Counted from the whole stretch's first letter, positions 36,238-48,995 are shown. The stretch is 62,835 bases of DNA, filler included, from Syncephalis fuscata S228 (GCA_025786725.1; 5 parts of 5 records of this genome joined end to end with filler, not necessarily neighbours in it), one strand, 5' to 3'. The notes: a model not told the origin generated them from the letters alone. Numbers and translations: made by a program.

Positions 36238-37371
36238 CTATCTACAATAATCAAGAAGATTAAGCAGATGTATTGAATGATGGTGTGCATGAGCTGTAGC
36301 CAGCAATCTTGTCACTTGTTCATTGGTTGTCTATAAAATTATATAATATATTATTATTATTAAAGCGTGTTTAATTAAATGTTAAAAAAGCTACCTGAGT
36401 AAAATCATCATAGAATCGACCTATTATTATAGATTATTACACTGATTAACAGCTTCTATTTATATTTACCAATGCTACTAAGATAAGTGGGACATGTCAG
36501 ACAAATAACACGATCGGCTAGTTTGGCCATTGCTTGACAACTTTCAGGCGCACCCACAGTGCTGCAACAATAAGCTGCTTTGGATGTCTATTAGATTATA
36601 TATAATTTATATATATAGATTATGTGTATAATTTATTAGTAATTATGTTTAAATAATTTGTAAATAAACTTACCCAGATCGCACACTTTGACACGCAACA
36701 CGCATAGTTGCACCAGTGGCAATACCTGTAATGTAAATATTATTTAAAATTAATTTAATAAAAAATACAACTAGATTTTTTACCATCTAATATTACAGTC
36801 AATATTAGTCATTACTAAATAACGGCTATATTATTTGATATAGCTTACCATCAACTATTATTACTGTTTGTTTATAATTGAAGGTGGAGATTTGCCCTGA
36901 CGGTATATTGCTCACGTTGGTTTATTTCCGCCAACTGTTAGATTAACAGCGGTTTATTAATATACATATTGGACGACTAAATAGACCTACCTCTCTATCT
37001 TTAACCTCTTCAGCTATACTGTCATCAATACCGGCCGCTTGACGAATTCCATCATTATATACAACAAAATCTCCTTCAGCAATAGCACCAAACGCCAATT
37101 CCTCATGACTAGGTAATATTATAGCTATTGCTATTTATTTGCAAAAATACACCTGCTTACCGGGTACTCCTAGTTTACGTACAAGACACACGTCAAGAGG
37201 TGCGCCCAATCGTTGAGCTACGATCGATGCCACCGGCACACCACCACGAGGCAAAGCCAGTACAACGATGTCCTCGGGCGCCACATCGCTTAACTTCTCC
37301 ATTAGACGATCAGCGAGCTGCTGTCCAGCATCTACACGATCTTTGAAGCAAATATTTTGATTATACAGCAT
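36238..37371 (-). CDS. Bacterial-type type I phosphoribosyltransferase (COG1926-like), many introns including a 3-nt microexon
   Basis: Spliced product FKDRVDAGQQLA...VVLALPRGGVPVA...LDVCLVRKLGVP...EELAFGAIAE...VIIVDDGIATGATMR...IGRFYDDFTQTTNEQV. Confidence 0.88.
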
Positions 37372-37551
37372 AATTAAAGCTATGAGAAAGAAGTAATATT
37401 AAATTGAAACGGTTTCAAATAATTGCTTATAGGTCTAATGTGTGTTATGTGACGTTTACGATGATTGGCCATATCTGATCAAACTGAGAAATTAGTCATT
37501 ATTATTATTTCTTTTCACCTTCTTTCTTCTGCCATTGTGCCCATCGTTGCT

Positions 37552-39321
37552 ATGGATTCACCCTTGTCAGCCACGTTGTCGCCAACGAGTACAGCGCAGT
37601 CTGTGCAGAATTCGCCAAAAAAATCGACAAAGGAGATGCGAAGAAGGAACGACGTGAATTACAGGTAAGTTGACAGATCACTAGCTACTTGATGTTGATT
37701 ATGATCCAATACTTAAGGAACGTCAACGAGCGAAAAAGCCGCCCAAAAACAAGGCATCACTCCAGATAATAAGGGAAAGAAGGTGGTAAAGCCGGCACCG
37801 CTACTAATGCACCTTCAACGGCCACTACTGCCTCTACTAGTGGAGGTACAGCGACTACTGCTACAGCAAAAAGCAAACGTAGTCTATTTGACCAAGAGTA
37901 TCCATCGCTAGTGGCTCATTTAAGTGTTGCAAAGGGGGTCACTAGCAAGGCAGATAAGGATGTCCATCCGGCTATCCTCGCCCTTGGACTAGCCTACTCG
38001 GAATATCGTATTTGTGGCAGTAATGCACGTTGTGTTGCGTTACTTGGTGCTTTATAAGAAAGTAAGTTGCTATTATTAAGTACCAATTACATATGGTATA
38101 CTAAATGATAATGAACTAGGTTATTAGAGATTATCAACACCGCCTAATGTGCATATATCTCGTCATTTACAAACTTATTTATCACCACAAATCAACTTTC
38201 TAGTGGTATGCGACCATTATCAGTCACATGGCAATGCTATTCGCTACTTAAAATACGAGATTTCTACATGTGATACTTCTGATGAAGAGGTAATATATAT
38301 ATATACAGATATATATATATTTATTAACGATAATGATAATATTATTATATCAACACAATTAGAGCAAAAACATATTATCGGTCGTATTGATGATTTATCA
38401 ATGAGCGAATCTTACGAGCCGATGAAGAAATAGTAGAACATGCAGTTCGCAAGATACAAAATGGTGATGTTATTTTGACATTTGCACGTAAGAAGTAGAA
38501 TAAATATAATAAATTAGGTATATAATAATGTGTATTAGATCATCGCTGTACAACAAGTTTTAATGGCTGCTAAAGAACGAGGCATTAAGTTTAAAGTCAT
38601 TGTTGTCGATTCCCGTCCATTATTAGAAGGTGAATGGACTGTACTTATTGTATTAGTGCTACTAATTAATAGTTTATTAATTGGCTAAATAGGAAAGAAA
38701 TTGTTGACGGCACTTAATGCTGTGGGTATTGATTGTACCTACACTTGGTTAAATGGTCTATCAATTGCTATGGAGAATGTAAGTCATTTAGTAATTGCTG
38801 AATAAAGATTGCTTATTTGTTTACAACTAGGCCACTAAAGTATTCCTCGTGCACATGCTATGCTGTCCAATGGTGCAATGATATCACGAGCAGGCACAGC
38901 ATCAGTGGCATTGGCCGCTCATGAACGGCGAGTACCTGTTCTTGTTTGTTGTGAGACTTAAATTCACAGATCGTGTGCAAATGGATTCATTTGTATGGAA
39001 TGATTGGGAAATATACGTTTAACGTTAAATAGCATTAATTGATCAAATGATTAAATATAGGTCGTCCATCAACAATTTTAAATACACCCAATGAAAGTCC
39101 ACTTCATAGTGTAGTTGACAATCCACGTCTTAAACTACTTTGCATGACCTATGATGTTACACCACCTTCTCTCATGAACTTGGTGGTGACAGATATTGGC
39201 ATGATTCCATGTGAAAGTGTTTCAATGGTGTTACGCGAATACAAGTAAGTGGTTAAATAGATGTAATAAACTGTTACTAACACGATTGACGCGTTATAAT
39301 AGACCCATGACACAGCAATAA
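37552..39321 (+). CDS. GCD2: Translation initiation factor eIF2B delta subunit, multi-exon, several indel errors
   Basis: Motifs [71 protein letters not shown]. Confidence 0.88.
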
Positions 39322-39458
39322 GTGTCGTTTACTTGGTTTATCTATTCCATCTGCCCATTTGACTATGCCTACTCGTTGACATGCACATATACATATACAC
39401 ATTTATCTATTATCATTTTAAAGAATATTCCTATTGTTTAAAAATTAATGACCACCCA

Positions 39459-39973
39459 TTACATCATATATGTCTTGTCTGGTCGAGTAATGATATCTTT
39501 CAATTTGTCTCCTAGCTTGATGGTTGTTTGACGAATAACCCGTGTATCAATACGCAAATTATCCGTTAATTCTTTTACAGTGGCGGGGTTTGCATCAAAG
39601 TGCATTAACCAATAGCTAGAAGAAGCGAAGACGCGATCAGTATTGTTACATGTATATTCTAGTCTCTGTATTTGTTGTAGATAACAACAACACTTCTACT
39701 CACTGGCCTCGGTGATGATAGAGCTGGTGACGTTTCATACGGTAGGGCAATTCACGTTCTCCTAGATTAACAAAGCCACGTACCACGCCGCCATTCTGTA
39801 GAATAGAACGCGCGCTTGTTCGGAGTAGATCTCCTAACTGTGCCTAATAATCAATACATGATCATAGATAAGTAAGAAGATCAACAACATGCTGTGTCTT
39901 CATGTATACCTAGATCTACACTTACCGTTTGTATTCTACCGCGTGAAATGCAGACAAGTTCGTAGAATGGCAT
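39459..39973 (-). CDS. MRP17: Mitochondrial ribosomal protein bS6m, 2 introns
   Basis: MPFYELVCISR...ILQNGGVVRGFVNLGERELPYRMKRH...YWLMHFDANP...LRIDTRVIR. Confidence 0.9.
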
Positions 39974-40490
39974 AGTGGCGAAAGGAAAGATTAAAATGAT
40001 ATCTAAGAAAAGTAAAAAAATTGAATTAAATCAAATAACTATATTATTTACACTGAATCATAGTAACACTTGAGTTAATTAATAGCTATACGTAGTCATA
40101 AATGAATTGGATTTCTATAACATAGCTAATATCTTTACAATAAAACTGACAGTAATTATTACAATATCAATTAAACTTGTTGAAGTGGCGGTGTATTTAA
40201 TTAAATAGCTAATATTAATAAATGTAAATTATGTACCAATAACGATTGGACTAATTGTATGAATGGTAATAGATATACAATTAAGAATTAATAATAACAA
40301 CATACAATATCTTAATAATGCCATATAATAATACTAATAGTAAAACATTACGAATACTTGATGTATGTGACTGATGGTCTCAAAAACATATCCTTTTTCT
40401 TTTCCCAGTAACTACCTCATCTCATCTATTTTTTTGATATAGCTATTTTGTTATTGAAAGATCTACATATACAACTAGTGTCCATTGACC

Positions 40491-42683
40491 ATGTCTGGCT
40501 TGTACGAGTAAGTAACGGGTTGCTATTTAATGTAGATGATCAGTCTCTAATCAACATTATCTTATACAAGGGCTCTGCCTAAGCCAGTGTATACCACTGA
40601 AACGACTAAACCAACGCCACGATCTGGCTCTGCTTCGGATGCCTCTTCAGTGCTGTCAACTGCGATTACTTTAGTAGGAAATAGCAATACGAGACAAATA
40701 CCACCTTATGGACAGCGACAAAGTTATCTGCCTAGAGCAGAAGCTGATTTTGGTGATGGCGGTGCTTTTCCAGAAATCCACATTCCTCAGTATCCTTTAG
40801 GCATGGGCCGCAAGAAAGTGAGTATCTATCGTACTAATAAGCTAAACGCACTATTTAGCAATACTAATACTTGCGTACCACTCTATATTGCTATTGCATA
40901 GGATGCGGCTGGTAAAACATTAGCTCTGCAAGTAGACGCAGAAGGCAATGTTCGTTATGACGCAGTAGTACGACAAGGACATGACAAGATCGCATTATCC
41001 AGTCACAGTTTCGCGATCTAGTGCATTGAGAAATAGAGCTGATGCTGGAGAAGTATCATTGGAAAAGCCCGATGAGGACGCGATCCAGGAAACAACCGAT
41101 CGTACAAGAGCTGCACTAGAGAAGATTATTACAGGTAATATGGCGTGTGTGATGTATTTGTTATTACTATGGGCTAATTTTTATTAATATTTAGGCAAAA
41201 TTGCTGCGGCCAAGCCAAAAAATGTTAATGTTGAAAAGAAAGAGGCTACGTATATTCGATATACGCCTGGCCAACAAATGGATAGTCATAATTCAGGTGC
41301 TAAACAGCGTATTATTCGTATGTCAGAAATGCCTGTAGATCCAATGATGCCACCGAAATTCAAACACACAAAAGTGCCACAAGGTAATTAAAGGCTTATA
41401 TAAAATGATGAAATAGAAGGCAGTTTATTAATATGATTATTTATAGCTCCACCCTCACCTCCACCACCTGTATTACACTCACCACCGCGTAAACTGACGG
41501 CTGATCAACAAAAGGATTGGGTCATTCCACCATGTGTATCGAATTGGAAGAATCCTAAAGGTTTTACCATTGCATTGGATAAACGATTGGCTGCAGATGG
41601 TCGTGGCTTACAAGAAGTGACGATTAACGATAAGTTTGCCAATCTTGCCGAAGCGTTTATTGCGGCGGAACGACATGCCAGAGAAGAAATCCGCTTACGT
41701 GCAAAGATGCAGCAAGTATTGGCACAGAAGGAAAAGGTTGCCAAAGAGGAGAATCTACGTTTATTGGCTCAACGTGCGCGCGAAGAACGGTAAGTCGGCA
41801 TTAATGGTAAATCTATAACAGCTTATACATAATGCATTCATAGAGCGGGAGCCATGGGCGGAGAAGGCAATGGCAAACAGCCTGCCGATCAATCGGATGA
41901 GGATGGTGAACACGCGGAGGATGCAGAAATGCAGGAGCGTGAAGCATTGCGCAGAGAACGAGCACACGAGCGTCAACGAGATAGTCGATTGTCGCGTATG
42001 GGTGCAGAACAAAAGGCCAAGCATATTGCTAGGTACGCATATGAGACTATGATGAGTATTTTTTTATTAATAGTGGCGATATAGAGAGCAAGGTCGAGAC
42101 ATTTCGGAAAGATTGCACTTGGCTTGGCCAAACCAACTGTCTCAAAGAGAGTATGTTTGACCAGCGTCTCTATAATCAGTCGGCGGGTCTTGACTCTGGT
42201 TTCCGTGGTGATGATGTTTACGATACATACGATAAACCGCTATTCCGTGGCACGGCTAATGCCACTATCTACCGCCCTACAGTAGGCCAGGATGATGATC
42301 AGTATGGTGGTGGTAATGCAGAAGAGATTGGAAGTATGCTAGGCAATGAACGATTTAGCGCGGCCGGTTTGGGTGCATCTCGAGAAACAATAGAAGGCGG
42401 GGTAAGTTTAATCGACTAAATAACTACGAGCTTATTACAATATAGATGCTGACGATAATGATGTTAAATAGTCACGCGATGGTCCAGTGCAATTTGAGAA
42501 GGAACGAGTTCAGCGAATGGATCCATTTGGTACGGATAAATTATTGGCTGACGTGAAACATGGTAAACGCAGTCTAGAGTATGGACTATCGTAAGTTATA
42601 TGAGCCATTACTTAGATAATAGATACTGATATTGTGACAATTATTTTAGTAATGATGAGCGGTCTAAACGAACAAGAGATTAA
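40491..42683 (+). CDS. PRP45: Pre-mRNA splicing factor SNW1/SKIP, multi-exon, some indel errors
   Basis: Motifs DFGDGGAFPEIH, DPMMPPKFKH, LHSPPRKLT, WVIPPCVSNWKNPKGFTIALDKRLAADGRGL, FDQRLYNQ, RDGPVQFEK. Confidence 0.95.
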
Positions 42684-43456
42684 TAAATTTATAAATATAT
42701 TCAAAATAAAATCTGTTTGTAGCAACTATATACTAAATCATATGTGTGTGTATTTATTAAACTAACTTATTAGCAATAAATATTAAACTAGAATGCATGT
42801 TATTTAATTAAACTGATATTTGTTAGCTATTATGCTAGACAGATTGCTACATCTATCGTTTATCAAGTTTAACTAGTTGACCCATAATTGATTTATACCA
42901 TTTTTGAATACTATAATACTGCGCTGTTTAGTAGTGTTGGGGCGATTACAAATAATCTTGGTTGTTTATTTTATTTTAATGGTTAGTCATCTAGATACAT
43001 ATATTATTACTATGTTGCTAGTAAAGATCTGATAATAACCAGACATAAAAATTGAATGCATATAATAATAGCATTACAATGAGTGAGATAAAACCAAAAA
43101 AAGGTGATGGTAAAAATAAGCAGCATTTGTAATGATTCGCTCAATGCATACTGTCTACAATGTGATTGTATAGTTGCACCAAGAGATGATACATTTCATT
43201 ATTCATAGTAGTAGCAATTCAAGTGCTATTTAATATAATTAATATAGAATATTACGCAGTGTATCTTGCTATAGCGAGATATCCAACAATACTGTAGCTC
43301 ATTATAGTAGTGTTTATGTTTATGTGCAAATACTATAATAATGACACTGTACAATATAATAATGCTTAATAATGAAGGTTATTAAACAATTGCAATAGTC
43401 GTTAATAAACGGATTGCATTGTTTATAAACAGCTTCCGCTGGCTAATGTTTATAAG

Positions 43457-43669
43457 CTATCCCAATAGTGGTTTTGTTGATTGACTAATAACGGTAGCCC
43501 AACGACCGGTACCGTCGCCGTTGTCCTTGCACTGGTAAGCACCCACAGGCTTAGCGCCAACAACACATGGCGAACCGTTGGTGGGTGGTTTGGTGAATCC
43601 TGGTACGGCTTCAACTGAGACGACGCGACCAAAAGGCAGCGGCGCAATGATTACACTGGTGAACTTCAT
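43457..43669 (-). CDS. Small secreted two-Cys protein, copy A (signal peptide affected by indels)
   Basis: MKFTSVII...VVSVEA|VPGFTKPPTNGSPCVVG...QCKDNGDGTGRW. GC-richer than its flanks; paralog of 45031-45216. Confidence 0.62.
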   Translation of the reverse strand: MKFTSVIIAPLPFGRVVSVEAVPGFTKPPTNGSPCVVGAKPVGAYQCKDNGDGTGRWATVISQSTKPLLG

Positions 43670-46070
43670 GTTGATTAGTTGGTAGTAGATTGAGTAGTGT
43701 ATGTTGGATACAATTAGATTAAATAGCGAGTCAAACTAGATACTTTGTGTGTGTGCTGCGTTAATTGACATGCATATCAGCTTGGATATTTATACTATAA
43801 TTTGTCAAGGAAATCCACCATAACTATACATTCATTGAATAATACGACGCCATTCATACTAATGATGGCAAATACTTGATTTAGAAAGTAGCCTTGGCTT
43901 ATTGAGAAAATATCACTTGATTATAGATTTAGTCAGATTCAAGTATTATACAATAGAATACTTGCTTGCTAAATTCGCGTAAGACGTGGGAACCAGTGTG
44001 ATACGGCAAAACATTTAAAATCATGACTGCTTTGTTCATGTAAATTAGCAGTAATACGTTTACTACTAGTATTGATTACTGTAATGTCGGGCTGCTGTAT
44101 ATTGATATAGTATCAAGCGCAATTAATCAAATGATTAAATCAAATGGCCTCGCTCGATTACAAATTAAATACTAGTACACGTACACAGTTCTTCATACAA
44201 AAACCTTATGATAAATTCTGGCATCCATACTTGTTTAATTGCACTATTAGGCAGGCGTATTACCTAAATTGCCTACATTTAGTTTAAATTCCGATATTCT
44301 AAAAATAATTTCATTTGTGGAGAGCAAATCGCACATGTTAGCTACGGCATAAAAATACCCTATTGGCTAAGCTAATGTCATGCCAAAATAATAATATCAG
44401 TCGACTAATATGGCACAATATGACGTCAATACAAGCTTATCCGAGGATTAGCTAAAAAACCACTGGTATATACAGTATTAGCGGTAAACCTATGAATAAC
44501 AAGCATTCAAATGCAAAGTTCTTTCATTCTATTTTTAAATTTATATGGGAGGCTAAACAAAGCAATAATAAAACCATCAATTAGTATAGGTCTAAAATTA
44601 ATAAAACAATATACCGCCTAATAAATATTTAAATAAAATTTGCTTGTAAACTAGCAAGACTAAGCGCATTTAACTCTGTATTGGTTTATACAGTAAAGCG
44701 AAGTTTTAATATTAAATATTGTGGCTTTATTTCAAAAAAACAACCTAAATTATTGCTAATTTTACTGTTATTATGTCTACTTGATCCTTATGTTTTAATA
44801 GCTATAAAATATATATTATTTTATAAAAGACTTAGTCATTATTCATATATTATAATGTTATTTGATTAACATGCTGCTCCGTATCAACTAATCATTAACT
44901 AGCACATATTACTAACATGTTTGAGCTTGTATATATATAATAAATAGTTATTATAAACAATTACAGCAATAGTTAATAAGTAGTTGCATATAGCCGTATA
45001 AACTATTGCATATCAGTGTTCGCTGGCTATTTAGTATTTCCAGCCCCAAGTACCAACAGCATCGTTGCCTTCCATACATACGCGGCCGTCCGGGTTTACG
45101 GAACCAATGATACATGAACTAACGGTGATAGGTGGTCTGATAGTTAGTGGAGCAGCCTTGACCGAAACGACAGCGACAAGAGAGCGGTAGCAGCAATAAT
45201 GACAGTGTAAACTCATGCTGAATAGATGAGTGGCGTGTTGGATACAATTTGATTAAGATAGTGAGTCAGACTAGATATTGTGTGTGTGATGAGTTAATCG
45301 ACATACATATCAGACTATTTATTACTGTAGTCCGTCAATAAATTTAGCTGTAGCTATGCAGCTATCGCCAATACAACAATGTCCATGCTAATACTGATGA
45401 TTACTTAATTTAGAAAGCAACCTTGATTTGATGAGAAAATACCACTTGGGTATCGATTAGTCAAGCCAGATATTGGACGATAAAATCTATGCTACCGAAT
45501 TGTGTAAAACATGGGAACCAGTATACTACGATTAAATATGTAAATCAGTAATAATATACATTACTACTAGTACTAATTGCTGCGACATCAGATTGCTGTA
45601 TACGAATACAGTATTAGATGCAGCTGGTTTGATGATGAAATCAAATGGTGCCATTCGAATGCAGACTAAGCACTGTGTTTGTACAAGGTTCCCATGAAAA
45701 ATCGGGTACACATGTCGGTGTGTGAGTTGTAATAGTTACTTTGCTAAACAGGAGCACTACATAATCGTTTAAATTTGGTTCAAATTCCGATGTTTTAGCA
45801 AATTCACAGGTCAAATAGCATATGCCAAATACAGAATAATGCTTTATTGTCTAATTGGCTCTATGTAGGAGCATTGCTATCAGCTGACTTAATATGGCAC
45901 ACTATGACATCAAATACAAAACTATCCAAGGATTAGCTAAAAGTAATCACGGGCATATACAGTATCAGTGGTAAATTCACGAATGCCAAAATTCATGTAC
46001 AAATCTATGTCATTCCATTTTGAATTCTATATTAGCTAATACAAAGCAATAGTAAAATTGACAATTAAAG
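43480..46070. repeat. Tandem segmental duplication (~1.1 kb unit: gene plus upstream region)
   Basis: Colinear shared blocks, e.g. GTGTTGGATACAATT-like, TGAGAAAATA, TGGGAACCAGT, TTACTACTAGTA, AAATCAAATGG, AAATTCCGAT, TAATATGGCAC, AGGATTAGCTAAAA, between ~43480-44600 and ~45030-46070. Confidence 0.85.
45031..45216 (-). CDS. Small secreted two-Cys protein, copy B
   Basis: ...LVAVVSVKA|APLTIRPPITVSSCIIG...VCMEGNDAVGTWGWKY*. The N-terminus restores to an MKFT-type signal peptide if 1-nt deletions are assumed. Confidence 0.62.
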   Translation of the reverse strand: MSLHCHYCCYRSLVAVVSVKAAPLTIRPPITVSSCIIGSVNPDGRVCMEGNDAVGTWGWKY

Positions 46071-46377
46071 CAAATTCAATAGTGTGCTTGCATAAACAGT
46101 AGCACGGTATACAGCTAATAGTAGCACAAGTTGCTAATACTTAACTATTGCATTATTACCTTTACAAACAATAATTTAGTAAACTGAATTTAAATTTTTT
46201 AGACAACAATAAGTATATTGCTTAAATTTAACAAAGTCAAATCGATTAAAAAGCGTTTATTACCAAATCATCAAAAATGTAATCGAAACTGAACAAGTGC
46301 CATACAACTGTACATTATAACCAGAAGATCGGCGTCGTTAATAATAGTAAATAAAAAGTTAAAAATAAGTAGAGAAG

Positions 46378-46916
46378 TCACGCAGCAAATAGCAATTTTG
46401 TGCGATAAAAAACATAAGTATGAAATGGAAGCTTATTGAATTTTCGTAAGTAGAATAAATACTGATGCCCACCTACGTGCCGTATACACAGATCAATGTA
46501 TTGAAAAATAGCATTAAGAGAACTGAACTGTTGTCTTAATATCAACAAATCGTCGCCTACTTTACGCACTACCACCGTGTTAACCCAGTCAGCATTGCGT
46601 TTAAGCGCCGTGACTACTGCAGCCACAAATGCCGCTACAATAGCAATAGACTATCATGTACACGATCATACACGGGACGGAAAATGGCTCCTTCGCGCAG
46701 TAAAATTGCTTGCAGCATACGGTCGAACTCACGTGGAATAACCTCATGTACATATCGGGTCAATGCCTCTGTGATAAGATTGACTTTTTCAGTGACCAGC
46801 GCTTCAACACAGCTTGTACTGCATCTAAATGAGCGCCAAAACAGTACATCGTCGTAGCAAATCGGTACCTCCAGCACGTCCCGTACATCACGATCTACCG
46901 TAGAAACGACCAGATA
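46378..46916 (-). CDS. Partial helical protein of unknown function (weak resemblance to cullin N-terminal repeats), truncated by gap
   Basis: GC-richer segment with two consecutive minus-strand ORFs; QQFSSLNAIFQYIDLC resembles the cullin IFxYLDR helix. Confidence 0.3.
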
Positions 46917-47016
46917 NNNNNNNNNNNNNNNNNNNNNNNNNNNNNNNNNNNNNNNNNNNNTTAATTAATTAANNNNNNNNNNNNNNNNNNNNNNNNNNNN
47001 NNNNNNNNNNNNNNNN
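46917..47016. other. Assembly spacer (N run with TTAATTAATTAA)
   Basis: Same 100-nt spacer design. Confidence 0.97.
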
Positions 47017-47703
47017 TTGTTTCAGGCATTCGGTGCAACTGGTGGTGCTATAGCACTTTTTATTGTTATTTTTATTATACTCTTTGGTCAATGCCGTCTT
47101 CGTCCTTGGGGAATCATTCAACGATACGTTATGCGCAACAGAATGCTTAGTATTCTACCACCGTCCATGGTCAGCATAAAATCACATTATGATCCTGGAT
47201 CTAATCAAGAATCAGCTACTGATATGACATTTATAAATATGCCAAATTCAGAACAACGTGGTACAGCATCCAGGTTATCAAAGTCTACTATCAATACATA
47301 TCGGCACGAAATGCCAGACAATGACATATCTCAACATATACCGTCTATATTGACTAATGGCAGACAATCACACACATCTACTGCTGACACTCATACTAGC
47401 GAAATAAGCGAGCTTAAGGCAATGATGGAAACACAAGTGAAGCAATTTACAATAATGTCAAATCGACTTGCAACTCTTGAAGGTGATACAAGTACAAATA
47501 ATAGTACTATAATGTTAGATAAACCAACTCCAGATAAGACATGCCTACCAAATACTTCAATAGCTCAGTATAACAAAGCATTTGTATCTTCAGGTAATTC
47601 ATCATCAGTTGAAGCTCGCTTATCAGACGTCGAAGCTTTTCAACATCGACTAAAAACATTTTATTTATCATCTGACTTGTTTAAAGACAATTCGTTTAAT
47701 TAA
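47017..47703 (+). CDS. C-terminal part of two-TM membrane protein, paralog of 49703-51322 (5' lost in gap)
   Basis: Near-identical to 50576-51322 in two blocks; TM segment FGATGGAIALFIVIFIILFG followed by RLRPWG. Confidence 0.85.
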   Translation: MFQAFGATGGAIALFIVIFIILFGQCRLRPWGIIQRYVMRNRMLSILPPSMVSIKSHYDPGSNQESATDMTFINMPNSEQRGTASRLSKSTINTYRHEMPDNDISQHIPSILTNGRQSHTSTADTHTSEISELKAMMETQVKQFTIMSNRLATLEGDTSTNNSTIMLDKPTPDKTCLPNTSIAQYNKAFVSSGNSSSVEARLSDVEAFQHRLKTFYLSSDLFKDNSFN

Positions 47704-48263
47704 TATTTACAATAAACTAATTAGTTATATTACCATAATAACTATATATTTAAAACTAAAAAAGTATGTATCATTTAGCTATTAAACAGTTTTAAGCATT
47801 GATTATGCACACTATAATATTGTTTGATGACAATATAATTACAAGGCAATAATATTAATAAATACCTGAAATGTTTTATTAAATTACTAAGATTATTGTA
47901 AATAAAATAATTAAGCAAAATAATAACAAAATACTTGTAAATCAAAGGCCAATGTGTTATTATAAGCAAATCATGTATATATTTATATTGAACACATGCT
48001 ACATGAATATCCAGATAAATGTATATGTTGAGTAATCTCCAAGTAATCCATGCCTTTGGTTTTATATTCAGCTTACGACAATATAAACAGCCAATGATAA
48101 GACTAAACAATATAATAGTTAATATTATCACTATTGCATTAGAGCGAATTTATATGTTGAATATGCTTAATAGACAAATAGAACATCATGGCAAATATTA
48201 TATAATGGTCAATAAATAAAACATGATAAAATTATATAAATTTATCATAAAATACTACATATT

Positions 48264-48857
48264 TTATTTTGTTCGACATGGACCAAAGTCTGGCTTATCA
48301 TAGGCATTACCACATGTTTCAAGCATTCGGTCAATACAATATACTAGATTGTTAGAATTATTAGAAATTTGACTAATAATTCTTGCACAATTTACATATA
48401 AAACACCATTTGTTTTGTAAATGCAAAGTGGCCGATTTGCATAGCTTTGGGCAAGGTAACGTTGACCATTGAGCAGATTCGTAGAAAAATTCTTACGAGG
48501 AAACATATAATGCTTTGCTTGCTCTTTGTCCAAAATTCCATTAAATGACCTAGACTCTGGTACGAACGCAACGCCATTTTGAGAATTCATAGGATAACTT
48601 GCTTGAGAACTACCTGAAAATAAATTCTCAAGTATTTTATAAAACGACTGACTATTTTGATTGTCGCTTGATTGTATAGCTTTTCCCAACGAATATGGAT
48701 CTTCCATCCATGTGCTACCATCTAACGTATTCGAGCTTGAGGTAGATTTTTTTATAATGGGAATTTCATAGGTAAACTTTTTAGTTGTATATTCAATAGG
48801 TGCTGCTATCACCACCGATAATAAAATAAGTGAAATAAATATAACGTGGAATAGCAT
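48264..48857 (-). CDS. Secreted protein of unknown function (197 aa, intronless)
   Basis: Signal peptide MLFHVIFISLILLSVVIA|AP; five Cys clustered in the C-terminal third. Confidence 0.75.
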   Translation of the reverse strand: MLFHVIFISLILLSVVIAAPIEYTTKKFTYEIPIIKKSTSSSNTLDGSTWMEDPYSLGKAIQSSDNQNSQSFYKILENLFSGSSQASYPMNSQNGVAFVPESRSFNGILDKEQAKHYMFPRKNFSTNLLNGQRYLAQSYANRPLCIYKTNGVLYVNCARIISQISNNSNNLVYCIDRMLETCGNAYDKPDFGPCRTK

Positions 48858-48908
48858 GCTTGAAATGCTAATATGCTATCACGATAAATGGGATGCTTGA
48901 TATAAACA

Positions 48909-48995
48909 AAATGCAGTTAATGATTGACAGTATGGAAATGCAGTTAATGATTGACAGTATGGAAATGCAGCTAATGCTTGAAAATACAGAAATGC
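48909..48995. repeat. 27-bp tandem repeat (~3.2 units)
   Basis: AAATGCAGTTAATGATTGACAGTATGG at 48909 and 48936, with a degenerate copy at 48963. Confidence 0.85.

Noticed and set aside
40388-40397. ATATCCTTT as a U12-type 5' splice site
   Set aside because: It lies upstream of the PRP45 ATG with no TCCTTAAC-type branch site downstream; likely chance.
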